Positions 27,503 through 36,985 of a stretch of 64,000 nucleotides of DNA are shown one piece after another. The stretch comes from a virus: the IMG/VR virus record IMGVR_UViG_3300028840_005153, positions 1 to 64,000 of that record; one strand, written 5' to 3'. Position 1 is the first letter of the stretch; the number at the start of each line of letters is the position of its first letter. The translations under genes were made by a program, and so were the position numbers. Below the pieces are notes generated by a model. It searched no databases. It was not told where the DNA came from and was given only the letters and a program-made list of their open reading frames with translations.

Positions 27503-28624
27503 ATGGCGAGAGTAATAAAGAGAAGGAAAAGAGTAATAAAGAGAAGGAAACTCGATTCTGTAAGTCGTGATATTTCAGGTAGAAAAATTAGCAGAAGAAA
27601 AGAACGAGTGGATTTTATTTCTTCGGGTTGTGCAACTTTAAACTTAGCTTTATCTGGCCGTATCGATGGTGGATGGGCGAGAGCGCGAGTTGTTAATGTT
27701 GTTGGTGATGGCAGTAGTGGGAAGACATTACTTGCGCTTGAGGCAGCTTTTTGGTTTTTCAATAATATGATTGGAAGAAAAACAAAAGTATTTCCAAAGC
27801 CTGTTAAGAAGATCCATATCGTTTTTGATAATATTGAAGGCGTTATGGATTTTCCTATCGAAGAAATGTATGGCGAAGATTTTGTTAAGGCTGTTGAATG
27901 GAAGCGCTCCAGAACGATAGAAGCAATGGGTTCAAACACAAAAAAATATTTGAAGTTAAGTCGCAAAAAAGGCGTTGCTGTTCTTTATATTGTAGATAGT
28001 TGGGATGCCTTAGAAGCAAGGGCAGGACTTGAACGTATAGAAGATGCAATGGAAAAGGAAGATGGAGCAGTGAAAGGCTCTATGAATACTGAAAAGCAAA
28101 GATATGCTTCGCAGTATTTTGGACATATGTCAGGAGAAATGGAAGGTTGTGATTTTACTCTTTTCATTGTAAGTCAAGTTCGAACCAAAATAGGTGTCAC
28201 CTTTGGAAAGAAAACATACCGAGCCGGCGGAAAGGCTTTGGATTTTTATACTCATCAAGTGGCATGGCTGCGTGAGGTAGAAAAATTAAGCAAGGTGCGA
28301 AAGGGAAGAAAAATTGTTTTTGGAATCCGCAGTGAAGCTAAGGTTGAACGAAGTAAAGTTGCTAAACCATTTAGGGATGCAGAATTTACTATCCTCTACG
28401 ATTATGGCTTAGATGATATCGGTGCTTGTTTGAGATTCCTTTATGGTCCAAAAGAAAAAACAATCAAGTGGGACGGGGAGAAGTTTAAAACTCGAAAGCA
28501 GCTTATTAAATATATCGAAGATAATGATAAAGAAGATATACTGCGACAAGAAGTTCAGAATGAATGGGATAGCGTTGAAGATCATTTTATTGCAGAAATA
28601 AGGAAGAGAAAACCGAGGTATTAA
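27503..28624 (+). CDS. recA: RecA/UvsX recombinase
   Basis: ISSG...LNLAL, GDGSSGKT, IVDS, SQVR.KIGV.FG, GGKALDFY. Confidence 0.92.
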   Translation: MARVIKRRKRVIKRRKLDSVSRDISGRKISRRKERVDFISSGCATLNLALSGRIDGGWARARVVNVVGDGSSGKTLLALEAAFWFFNNMIGRKTKVFPKPVKKIHIVFDNIEGVMDFPIEEMYGEDFVKAVEWKRSRTIEAMGSNTKKYLKLSRKKGVAVLYIVDSWDALEARAGLERIEDAMEKEDGAVKGSMNTEKQRYASQYFGHMSGEMEGCDFTLFIVSQVRTKIGVTFGKKTYRAGGKALDFYTHQVAWLREVEKLSKVRKGRKIVFGIRSEAKVERSKVAKPFRDAEFTILYDYGLDDIGACLRFLYGPKEKTIKWDGEKFKTRKQLIKYIEDNDKEDILRQEVQNEWDSVEDHFIAEIRKRKPRY

Positions 28625-28625
28625 A

Positions 28626-28841
28626 ATGGAAAGAAAATCCATTGAAATAAAAGCCGGAAAGAAATATAGGATTTTCTGGAGAGAAAAACACCATGAAAAT
28701 AAAATAATTCATATTCTTGGGATCTTCGACAATGATTGGGTGGCTTTTAAATATTATTACGGTTCGAATTGGCGTTACGAATTTAATAACAAAAGTTATT
28801 TAAAATTGCTTTTTGAAGATGGGATTTTAAAAAAGATATGA
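28626..28841 (+). CDS. hypothetical protein
   Basis: ORF in operon. Confidence 0.6.
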   Translation: MERKSIEIKAGKKYRIFWREKHHENKIIHILGIFDNDWVAFKYYYGSNWRYEFNNKSYLKLLFEDGILKKI

Positions 28842-29794
28842 GAAAAATACGCCGAAGAAAAAAGAATATTGAAAGTGAGACACGCCTTATTTTTGATGGG
28901 AATGCTTTGGGCTATGCTGCGTTTCACGCTTATGGTGATCTCGAAGATGATCTTGGAAATCCAACTGCTGTCATCTTCGGCTTTATACGTTTAATACTTG
29001 CCATACAAGAAAAATTAAATGGAGATGAGTGGATTTTTTGCTGGGATTCTCGAAAGAGTTTCCGTAAAGATATTTATCCACAATACAAGGCAAGCCGTGA
29101 AGAAAATAAAACTGAAGATGAATTGGCAAAAAGAAGATCGGCACATGAACAATTTACAAAACTTCGAAAGGAAGTAATTCCTGCTCTCGGTTTTGCGAAT
29201 AATTTTATTTCCCCTGGATACGAAGGGGATGATCTTATGGCGGCAATTCTTGACGATGTTGATCCATATAAAAATATTCTTTGCACTTCTGATAATGATA
29301 TGTTTCAATGCTTAGATGATTGTGATATTTATCATTTAGCAACGAAGAAAATGTTTACAAGAAATGATTTTATGAAGAAGTTTAAAATTTGGCCTGAGCA
29401 ATGGGCTGAAGCGAAAGCAATTGGTGGATGCAATGGTGATGGCGTATTTGGGATAGAAGGAGTTGCTGATCCCAAAAAGAATACAAGCAAAGCATTGAAG
29501 TATTTGAATGACGACCTTAACAAAGGCATCATTTTAAACCGTATAGAAAGCACTGAGGGGCAAGAAATTATCAGAAGAAATTTAAGACTCGTAAAGTTAC
29601 CCTTTGAAGGTAAAACACCTATAAAATTTAAATTAGGGCCAAATGAACTTTCAAAAGAAAAGTTCGAAGAAGTTTTTGAAAAGTATAGATTCATATCGTT
29701 ATTAGAAAAAAAGATGTTTCAGCGTTATATCAAAGCCTTTAAAATTAAGGATGGAGGAGAAAATGGCAGGACTATACGAAGAAGGAAGAAGTGA
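28838..29794 (+). CDS. 5'-3' exonuclease / flap endonuclease (T4 RNase H-like)
   Basis: FDGN, WD...SFRK.IYPQYKA.R, GYEGDD, SDND..Q. Confidence 0.92.
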   Translation: MRKIRRRKKNIESETRLIFDGNALGYAAFHAYGDLEDDLGNPTAVIFGFIRLILAIQEKLNGDEWIFCWDSRKSFRKDIYPQYKASREENKTEDELAKRRSAHEQFTKLRKEVIPALGFANNFISPGYEGDDLMAAILDDVDPYKNILCTSDNDMFQCLDDCDIYHLATKKMFTRNDFMKKFKIWPEQWAEAKAIGGCNGDGVFGIEGVADPKKNTSKALKYLNDDLNKGIILNRIESTEGQEIIRRNLRLVKLPFEGKTPIKFKLGPNELSKEKFEEVFEKYRFISLLEKKMFQRYIKAFKIKDGGENGRTIRRRKK

Positions 29795-29984
29795 GCCGGT
29801 AGAAATTGATTTGAAAATTGTTCACCTAACTGATTCTGCTGTTTTACTTTCAGATGATTCATTAGAGGAATGGTGTCCATTATCTCTCATAGAAGATGGA
29901 GATCAAATAACAAGGAAAGATATTGGCAGAACGAAATCTTTGACTATTGAATCGTGGGTGCTTATAGATAAAGGATGGATATAA
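29763..29984 (+). CDS. hypothetical protein
   Basis: GGAGG RBS; T..AVL...W.PLS motif typical of small phage proteins. Confidence 0.65.
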   Translation: MAGLYEEGRSEPVEIDLKIVHLTDSAVLLSDDSLEEWCPLSLIEDGDQITRKDIGRTKSLTIESWVLIDKGWI

Positions 29985-30163
29985 TGAAATCGCAATTTGA
30001 ATCTGAATTTTTTCTTGATGATTATTTTAGCATTCGAAGACAAATTGCTCCGGCAGTTCATTGGGAAAGAATAAAATCCGAGTTAAATTATCTACGAAAT
30101 GAATTGGAAGACTTAAAGGAAATTTATTGTATTAATAGTGACTGCGAAGATGAGGAGCAATAA
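29984..30163 (+). CDS. hypothetical protein
   Basis: Coupled ORF. Confidence 0.55.
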   Translation: MKSQFESEFFLDDYFSIRRQIAPAVHWERIKSELNYLRNELEDLKEIYCINSDCEDEEQ

Positions 30164-30951
30164 TGGCAAAGGGTTCAGGATTTGAAAGGGATCAGTGTAA
30201 GGAATGGAGTAGGTGGTTTTCTTCTGGTGAATCTGCTGATATTTTTTGGCGTACTGAAGGGTCAGGTGGTCGTGCTAAAAACAGATCAAAGTCATTAAAG
30301 AAAAAAGATCCAGAACGAGCCAAGGCATTGTTGAAATATAGTTATGGAGACATGACTTTTATTTTACCCGAAGGTGAAGACTTGATTGCTTCAATACTCT
30401 TCGAATTTAAGCGTGGTTATTCTGCCGGAAGAAAACTCAGCAATGAAATTTTGGATCAGCTTGTCTATCAGATTGCGAAAGATTCTCGTAAGTCATCATT
30501 GACTTCTGAATGGCGTAAAAAATATGCGAATAAAATTCGGGCGATTTTTAAAAAGACAAGGGTGACAAGTAATCTCATAAGCATACTTGATTTTGTTGAT
30601 GGGAAAGAAAAGAAAAGACCGCCGAAACTTTTGGAATGGTGGATAAATGCCGAAGAAGAAAAGAAGGAAGCTCAAAGAAATCAGGTTGTCCTTGTTTTAC
30701 GAAGGGATGGAAAACAGCCTGTAATTTTCGTAGATGAAGTATTTGGAAAAAATCTTTTCAATTATTGTGATGGCTTCAATAAATTCTGCTATGGAATTAT
30801 CAAATGTGGTCCATACAATTTGATGTATTTTAGGCAAGAAGATTTTTTTAAATCCATACCTCCAAAAGTATTTTTAAAGGTCGCAGAAAAACGAGCCATG
30901 TTCGAAAGATTAAATAATCCAAGAAAAATCAAAAGAAGAAAATCTTCATAA
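30163..30951 (+). CDS. Holliday junction resolvase-like PD-(D/E)XK nuclease (Hjc-type)
   Basis: KGSGFER, RT.GSGG, GD...EFK. Confidence 0.75.
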   Translation: MAKGSGFERDQCKEWSRWFSSGESADIFWRTEGSGGRAKNRSKSLKKKDPERAKALLKYSYGDMTFILPEGEDLIASILFEFKRGYSAGRKLSNEILDQLVYQIAKDSRKSSLTSEWRKKYANKIRAIFKKTRVTSNLISILDFVDGKEKKRPPKLLEWWINAEEEKKEAQRNQVVLVLRRDGKQPVIFVDEVFGKNLFNYCDGFNKFCYGIIKCGPYNLMYFRQEDFFKSIPPKVFLKVAEKRAMFERLNNPRKIKRRKSS

Positions 30952-30969
30952 AATTACTTTGATTTTGAA

Positions 30970-30986
30970 ATAAACTTGTTATAATA
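30970..30986 (+). promoter_or_regulatory. extended -10 promoter, copy B of identical 17-mer
   Basis: ATAAACTTGTTATAATA. Confidence 0.65.
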
Positions 30987-31018
30987 TTAAAAACAAACGC
31001 CAATAAAAGGTTTTAAAA

Positions 31019-31663
31019 ATGTTTAATGATTTTCAGAAAATCCTTATTATCGCACCTCATGCTGATGATTGTGAAATCGGTTGTGGTGGAACAATTGCAA
31101 AACTCGTATCAGAGGGGAAAGACGTTTTATGTGGAGTTTTTTGTACTGTTCCAAAAGTGCTTCCTAATAGTGAATTAAATCAAACGTCCTGGTATCAAGA
31201 GCAAATAAAGGCTTCAGAAATTCTTGGAACTAAAGTTTACTTTTTTCAAAAAGCAATTTACGAAATGCGAATGTTGCCAAGTTATAGGCAAATAATTCTG
31301 GAAGACCTTGTTTTATTGAGAAAAAGATTTGAACCTGATGTTGTTATTATACCTTCAACGTTTGATCTTCATCAGGACCATCAGACAGTTTGCCATGAAA
31401 GTATTAGAGCATTTAAAAAATATAGTATCCTTGGCTATGAAATGGATTGGAATCAAATAGGTTTACATCAATCTCAATTGTATGTAGAATTATCAGAAGA
31501 AAATATTCAGAAGAAAAAGGAAGCAATAGCAATCTTTGAGTCACAGACTTGGAGAACATTTTGCGATCCAGAAATAGTGGAAGCAAATGCGCGATGCGCT
31601 GGATTACATATTGGCTCTAAATATGCAGAAAAATATGAGGTGATCAGATGGATAAGTCGATAG
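31019..31663 (+). CDS. PIG-L/LmbE-family de-N-acetylase
   Basis: IAPHADD.EIGCGGTI, D.HQDH, FESQ. Confidence 0.92.
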   Translation: MFNDFQKILIIAPHADDCEIGCGGTIAKLVSEGKDVLCGVFCTVPKVLPNSELNQTSWYQEQIKASEILGTKVYFFQKAIYEMRMLPSYRQIILEDLVLLRKRFEPDVVIIPSTFDLHQDHQTVCHESIRAFKKYSILGYEMDWNQIGLHQSQLYVELSEENIQKKKEAIAIFESQTWRTFCDPEIVEANARCAGLHIGSKYAEKYEVIRWISR

Positions 31664-32304
31664 CAATTTGGCAAAAGTATCCGAAAGAAATTATGGATCA
31701 AAGACTGGAATTTACGAAGCAAAGACTTCGCCCTTTGAAGGAAGGAATTGGAAGGAATTGTACTATTGGACCTGAAGTAAAGATAGGTAAAGGGTGTGAA
31801 ATTCGTAATAATGTTGTCATCCTTGGTCGAGTTACTATTGGTGATCATTGCTTAATAAGAACAGGAGCGGTAATTGGTGAAGATGGATTTTCTGTAGAAC
31901 GTGATGGCGAAAGAATTTTAAGGGTCGTGCATACAGGGGAAGTAGTAATTGGAAACCATGTTGATATTGGATGTTATACTGTTATCAATAGAGCTACCGT
32001 AAATCGAACAACCATAGGTGATTATACGAAGATAAGTCATCGGGTAACAATAGGACACAATAATCATATAGGAAAAAGAGTAATAATAAATTTAGGAACA
32101 TTACTTGCCGGAAGTGTTATTGTGAAAGATGATGTTTTTATTGGCTATCAAGCTACTGTTAAAGGTAAGTTGACAATCCATGAAGGCGCATTAGTCGGAA
32201 TGTGTTCATGGGTTACGAAAGATGTTCCACCTGAAGTAATTGTAGTCGGGCGTCCAGCTAAATTTTTAAGGAGAGTAGAAGACGGATACCATGAAAGGAG
32301 GTAG
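31648..32304 (+). CDS. Hexapeptide-repeat acyltransferase (LpxD-like)
   Basis: IG hexapeptide repeats, IGEDGF, H.G.V.IG..V.IG, I.H...IGHN. Confidence 0.85.
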   Translation: MDKSIAIWQKYPKEIMDQRLEFTKQRLRPLKEGIGRNCTIGPEVKIGKGCEIRNNVVILGRVTIGDHCLIRTGAVIGEDGFSVERDGERILRVVHTGEVVIGNHVDIGCYTVINRATVNRTTIGDYTKISHRVTIGHNNHIGKRVIINLGTLLAGSVIVKDDVFIGYQATVKGKLTIHEGALVGMCSWVTKDVPPEVIVVGRPAKFLRRVEDGYHERR

Positions 32305-32363
32305 TTAACGGTATTTAATGGGCGAATTTTGTTTACTCACTAACACTAAAGGAGAAAAAGAAA

Positions 32364-32723
32364 ATGGCAAAAGCTACCACCAAGGCGAAAGCTACCAAAG
32401 GAAAGAAGACTAAGGAAAAGAAAGAAAAGAAAGTTGAACCTGTTTTTGAAAATGCTTCTACCGCAGAAGAAATGCTCGAAGAAATGCAGGATGTCATTGA
32501 TGAGATGGAAGAAGCAATTGAGGAATGGGATGAACATGAAGGGACTAAAAAGCGTTCATCTGAAATTCGGAAGTATGCTCAGCATGTTACCAAAATGGCG
32601 AAGGGCATTCGCGTTCATGTTCAAAGTGTGAAGAACGCAGCGAAAGCTGATAAGATGAAGAAAGCCACGAAAGATAAAGGCAAGAAAGGAAAGAAAAGTA
32701 GCAAGGGCAAAAAGAAGAAGTAG
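32364..32723 (+). CDS. Small Lys-rich histone-H1-like / nucleoid protein
   Basis: Basic termini, helical core KKRSSEIRK...AK.IR. Confidence 0.5.
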   Translation: MAKATTKAKATKGKKTKEKKEKKVEPVFENASTAEEMLEEMQDVIDEMEEAIEEWDEHEGTKKRSSEIRKYAQHVTKMAKGIRVHVQSVKNAAKADKMKKATKDKGKKGKKSSKGKKKK

Positions 32724-32752
32724 GGGGATAACTTCACGCTTGCTCTAAGACG

Positions 32753-32807
32753 AGCCTGTGAGTCATCCCTGTAAGGGAAGAGATACTTTAGACTCACAGG
32801 CTTTTTT
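32753..32807 (+). terminator. Terminator with large structured loop
   Basis: AGCCTGTGAGTC / GACTCACAGGCT plus T-tract. Confidence 0.65.
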
Positions 32808-32839
32808 ATTTTCCCCACCCACTCAAGGCTTTCCATGTC

Positions 32840-33793
32840 ATGTTTAAAAGACTCACTATAAAATTCTTCCAATCCCATCGTAATTCTATTTTAAATTTTT
32901 CTCCTTTTTTCAATTGTATTTATGGAGAGAATTGTCATGGGAAAACTGCTATCTTTCGCGCAATCATTTGGCTTAAAGAGAATAAACCTATTGGATTAAA
33001 AAATTCATGGTTTTCAAAAGGCGAACCTACCGAAATTAGTATTCTAACTGGCGAAGATATTCTTATTGAATTTCATAAACAGAAGAAAACAACCTATAAT
33101 ATCACTGGTTATCCTACACCTTTTAATCCTGGTCGTGGTTCGCTGAAAGAAGTCGAAGAGATTTTAAATCTTGGAGAGATGAATATTCAGCGCCAATTAC
33201 AACCAACTTTCGTAATAACAGAAACGCCTGGAAAGATAGCTCAACGTTTAAATAAAGTTATCCAAGCAGAAGATGTTGATTCATGGGTTTCGGAAATTTC
33301 AAAGCAAATAAGGGACAATGATAAAAAGATAAAATTTTTAAAAAACGATAGGGCTGAATTGAGAGAACAATTACGTTCGATACCTGATTTGAAATTGGTG
33401 AAAGATAAGATAGAGAAAATCCATAGGTTGGAAGATTTACTTAACAAGAAGGAAGAAAAACTTGGCTCCCTAAAGAAAGCTCGCAAGGAATACAAAGGCA
33501 TTATAAAAGATATAGGCCAAATGCCTTTGGCAAAAATAAAACGCAAATATGAGGCAATGGTAAAGGATGCAGCTATACTTGAAAGATATGAAGAGTTATC
33601 AAATTGCCTTGCAGAATATAAAAAAATAGGAAATCAGTTAATTAGTCTTGAAGAAGAAAAATCTATGACAAGGAGGGATTATAATAAATTTTATCGAATG
33701 CTTGATGTCTGTCCTACTTGCGGAAGTAAGCTCGATGAAAAGAAAAGAAAACATTTAATCAAGGAGAGAGGAAATGGAAAGGACGAGAAGTAA
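32840..33793 (+). CDS. SbcC/Rad50-like ATPase, N-terminal half (Walker A to Zn hook)
   Basis: FQSH, GENCHGKTAIFRAI.W, Q-loop, coiled coil, CPTCG hook. Confidence 0.85.
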   Translation: MFKRLTIKFFQSHRNSILNFSPFFNCIYGENCHGKTAIFRAIIWLKENKPIGLKNSWFSKGEPTEISILTGEDILIEFHKQKKTTYNITGYPTPFNPGRGSLKEVEEILNLGEMNIQRQLQPTFVITETPGKIAQRLNKVIQAEDVDSWVSEISKQIRDNDKKIKFLKNDRAELREQLRSIPDLKLVKDKIEKIHRLEDLLNKKEEKLGSLKKARKEYKGIIKDIGQMPLAKIKRKYEAMVKDAAILERYEELSNCLAEYKKIGNQLISLEEEKSMTRRDYNKFYRMLDVCPTCGSKLDEKKRKHLIKERGNGKDEK

Positions 33794-34793
33794 AGTCAAT
33801 TGGATTGCTCCTTCAACCCCTCATTATAAACATTTGGAAAGATGTGGGAGGGCCTGTTACCAGACACATGATACGACTACGGAATATAGTCATCTACGTT
33901 TTGTTCGTAACATTGTTTCCAGGAAACATTGGAGCGTTTTAGAGCATGGAGTTTTTGTTTTTAAAATTTCTCCTGTCTTTTTTTGTTACCTTAAAGATAT
34001 CGAAGATCGACGTTTTATCAATATTACTTCGAATGATAAAAAAACTCGTTTTCTTGCTTCTGGTTCTTTTCGTGCTTGGATGGAATTGGCAGATCGAACG
34101 GGCAATATGGCAGATCGAACGGGCAATATTGCTGCACTCAAGGCTTGTCAAGTCATTAGTCGTTATGCTCCAGATATTTTTGGTCGTTTTGCTACGATTG
34201 AAAATAAATTTTCAAAAGATGATTGCGATATTAATATTCCATTTTTAAAAACAGGTATTAGTTTTCATGAATATGTAACTCATAAACATTATACGGTTTC
34301 AGTGAATACAAACCGTGGCGTCACACATGAGTTCGTAAGGCATCGGCCATGTGCTTTTTCTCAGGAAAGCACTCGTTATGTTCGGTGTGATGAAAATAGC
34401 GAAAATTTTATTGAACCTGTTTTTTGGAAAAAATGGGATGGCAAAACTCGAGAAGTTTGGGAAGACCATATGCTTGAAACACAGGAAAGATATCGATTCC
34501 TGAATGGTGAACTTGGCTTGCCATATCAAGAAGCGAGAGAGATTTTACCAAATGCTTTGAAAGCGGAATTGGTAATTACAGCAAGCCTTGCGGAGTGGCT
34601 TCATATTCTTATTTTGCGATCTGGAAATACTGCTCATCCTGAATTTAGAAAACTCGCAACTGAAATCTGGGAACTTTTTCTTGAAGAAGAGGATAACATT
34701 TTTAATGAGTGTTTTTGGAAAATGAGAAAAAAATATGATAATGTATTTTATTCTAATCAATATGAATGGGAAGATGTAATAGAGCCAATTTAA
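33774..34793 (+). CDS. thyX: FAD-dependent thymidylate synthase
   Basis: H.SVLEH, RGVTHEFVRHR...SQESTRY, AREILP, AHPE.R. Confidence 0.95.
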   Translation: MERTRSKVNWIAPSTPHYKHLERCGRACYQTHDTTTEYSHLRFVRNIVSRKHWSVLEHGVFVFKISPVFFCYLKDIEDRRFINITSNDKKTRFLASGSFRAWMELADRTGNMADRTGNIAALKACQVISRYAPDIFGRFATIENKFSKDDCDINIPFLKTGISFHEYVTHKHYTVSVNTNRGVTHEFVRHRPCAFSQESTRYVRCDENSENFIEPVFWKKWDGKTREVWEDHMLETQERYRFLNGELGLPYQEAREILPNALKAELVITASLAEWLHILILRSGNTAHPEFRKLATEIWELFLEEEDNIFNECFWKMRKKYDNVFYSNQYEWEDVIEPI

Positions 34794-34805
34794 CAAATTT
34801 AAATT

Positions 34806-34897
34806 TCGGGGATAGATTTACTTTGATCCTCAATGCCTATGGTGCCGCCTCAAAGTAAATTGAAAAGGGATAGTCCTGCTTCTATCCTCTTCCCCGA
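34806..34897 (+). other. Intergenic three-way-junction RNA structure
   Basis: TCGGGGA/TCCCCGA closing ATTTACTTTGA/TCAAAGTAAAT and GGATAG/CTATCC. Confidence 0.5.
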
Positions 34898-34931
34898 TCC
34901 CCATTTTGAAAAATAAATAAGAAAGTAAAAA

Positions 34932-35840
34932 ATGGATTTGATAATTCTTGGCGATATTCATCTTCTTGAGAAAAACCCAATTGCTCGTAAAGATGATTTG
35001 ACTTCAACACAATGGGTAAAATTAAAACAAGTCTTTGAACGAGCGTGGCTTCAACATCAAAGTAATGGTGCAATCGTTTGTATTCCAGGTGATTTTACAG
35101 ATAAGCCACGATCTTGGAATTTACTTCGAGAGATAATACGCTTTTTGAAATTCTACCAATTGCCAGTCCTTGCCGTATTTGGACAGCATGATACTTATAT
35201 GAACAGTAGTAAATTGAGGCCTTATACAAACTTAGGAATGTTAGCTGAATTTGATTTGGTAAAAATTCTTGGAAGTAAACCTTTATCATTAGGTGAATAT
35301 GATTTTTATGGTGCTTCATGGGGAGAAGATATTCCAGAAATAGAAAATCCAAATAAAGTAAATGTATTATTGACACATCGTTCTATAGCAGAAAATCCAT
35401 TATATCCCGGCCACAACTATATCGATGCAGAAGACTTTTCAGAAGAACATGACTTTGACATTATTATTTGTGGAGATATTCATCGCGAATTTATTATACA
35501 AAATTGTTGGAGTAATTGGATAGTAAATGCTGGACCATTATTAAGAAAAGAAGCAACGAAATATAATTTCTCTCATCTTCCTTGTTTCTATATTTATTCA
35601 AAAAATAAATTTTTCAGGACGAGTGTATCCTCTCAAAGAGGATTGAAAGTTTTAAGTCGAAAGCATATGGTTAAAGAAAATGAGATGCTTGTAGAACATT
35701 TTGATATTGAAATAAATGAAGATGAAGAATTAACTTTCAAACAGGAATTGCTTTTGGTTATGCAAGAGTTCGAAGATGAATTTGAAACGGAATTTGTCAT
35801 AGATATATTGGGCAATATAATGGAGGTGAAGGATGGTTGA
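34932..35840 (+). CDS. SbcD/Mre11-like metallophosphoesterase nuclease
   Basis: GDIH, GDF.D, GQHD, TH, GDIH motifs. Confidence 0.9.
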   Translation: MDLIILGDIHLLEKNPIARKDDLTSTQWVKLKQVFERAWLQHQSNGAIVCIPGDFTDKPRSWNLLREIIRFLKFYQLPVLAVFGQHDTYMNSSKLRPYTNLGMLAEFDLVKILGSKPLSLGEYDFYGASWGEDIPEIENPNKVNVLLTHRSIAENPLYPGHNYIDAEDFSEEHDFDIIICGDIHREFIIQNCWSNWIVNAGPLLRKEATKYNFSHLPCFYIYSKNKFFRTSVSSQRGLKVLSRKHMVKENEMLVEHFDIEINEDEELTFKQELLLVMQEFEDEFETEFVIDILGNIMEVKDG

Positions 35841-36090
35841 TATATTAAGGAAGATAAAAAGAATAAAAAATGAATTGGAAGATATTTCTGCTGAACATAA
35901 ATCGGCAGAAAAAGAAAAAGAGAAAATTGAAAGAATACTTATTTCACTTGGAGTAGATAATCCGGATTTGGATTCGATAGATGAAGAGATTGAAAGGGTT
36001 GAGAGAAAAATTAAAAGTATAATTTCCAAGATTGAAAATACCATTGAAGATGTTGAAAAAATCTTGAGGGGTAGAAATGTTACAGATTGA
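35833..36090 (+). CDS. Coiled-coil protein (probable middle piece of split SbcC)
   Basis: Heptad pattern; sits between SbcD and SbcC C-terminal half. Confidence 0.6.
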   Translation: MVDILRKIKRIKNELEDISAEHKSAEKEKEKIERILISLGVDNPDLDSIDEEIERVERKIKSIISKIENTIEDVEKILRGRNVTD

Positions 36091-36703
36091 AAAAGATTAT
36101 GAACGCTTAATTGGTAGGCGTGATAGAATCTTTGAAGATATGAAAAAGGTTAGTCTTCAAATTCATCAAGCAAAAAAGAAAAGTGTTCATTTATTTTGGG
36201 CGAAAAAGTTTTTACTCCTCACAGTAGAAAGACGCCAAAAAAGGATCAGCAATGCCGTTGAAAATTTAATAACTGAAACTTTAAGGAAGATATTTCCTGA
36301 TAGGAATTTTACTTTCAAACTTATCTTTGAACAGAAACGCGGGAAGATTGAATGCCGTCCTGTAATTATGGATGGCAGGAAAGAACATAATCCCGAAGAT
36401 GATTTGGGCGGTTCAATTCTTGATATTATAAGTATGGCCTTTCGAATTATTTTATGGAAGATGGATAGACCAAAAAAGAGAAATGTCATAATCCTCGATG
36501 AACCATTCAAATGGCTCGGCAAAGGAGAGAAAAGAGAAATGGCAGGTCGAATGCTTTATGAATTGAGTCATACTTTGAATGTTCAAATAATTCTTATAAC
36601 GCATGAACCTGAGCTTATGCGTTTCGCAGATAAGAGTTTTCAAGTTGTGCATAATGGGATAGAGTCTCAAGTTTTCTCTGAAAGAAAAATCAAAAGAAGA
36701 TAA
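36077..36703 (+). CDS. SbcC/Rad50-like ATPase, C-terminal half
   Basis: GG signature, ILDEPF Walker B, IILITH switch. Confidence 0.88.
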   Translation: MLQIEKDYERLIGRRDRIFEDMKKVSLQIHQAKKKSVHLFWAKKFLLLTVERRQKRISNAVENLITETLRKIFPDRNFTFKLIFEQKRGKIECRPVIMDGRKEHNPEDDLGGSILDIISMAFRIILWKMDRPKKRNVIILDEPFKWLGKGEKREMAGRMLYELSHTLNVQIILITHEPELMRFADKSFQVVHNGIESQVFSERKIKRR

Positions 36704-36723
36704 CATATAATTTTTAATTTCAA

Positions 36724-36984
36724 ATGGTGGAGAAGATAATGAATGTTGCTGAAGAATTATGCAAAATGGGGAAAGATGGATGGCGATGGAAAGCAAACAA
36801 TGATCCTCATACGCCTGGATGTGAATTTTGTATTCTTGCTTATATTCCGCATATTCATAGGGTTTATGGGTACGGCTCAACACCGGAAGCGGCATTTACT
36901 ATGTTGAAAGAGCAAATAGGAAAAAGAGAAAAAGTAATTCAACAGGTCAAAGATGAAAACGAAGCACATGAAAGAGGAGGGTGA
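36724..36984 (+). CDS. hypothetical protein
   Basis: ORF with G.G.TPE.A motif. Confidence 0.55.
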   Translation: MVEKIMNVAEELCKMGKDGWRWKANNDPHTPGCEFCILAYIPHIHRVYGYGSTPEAAFTMLKEQIGKREKVIQQVKDENEAHERGG

Positions 36985-36985
36985 A

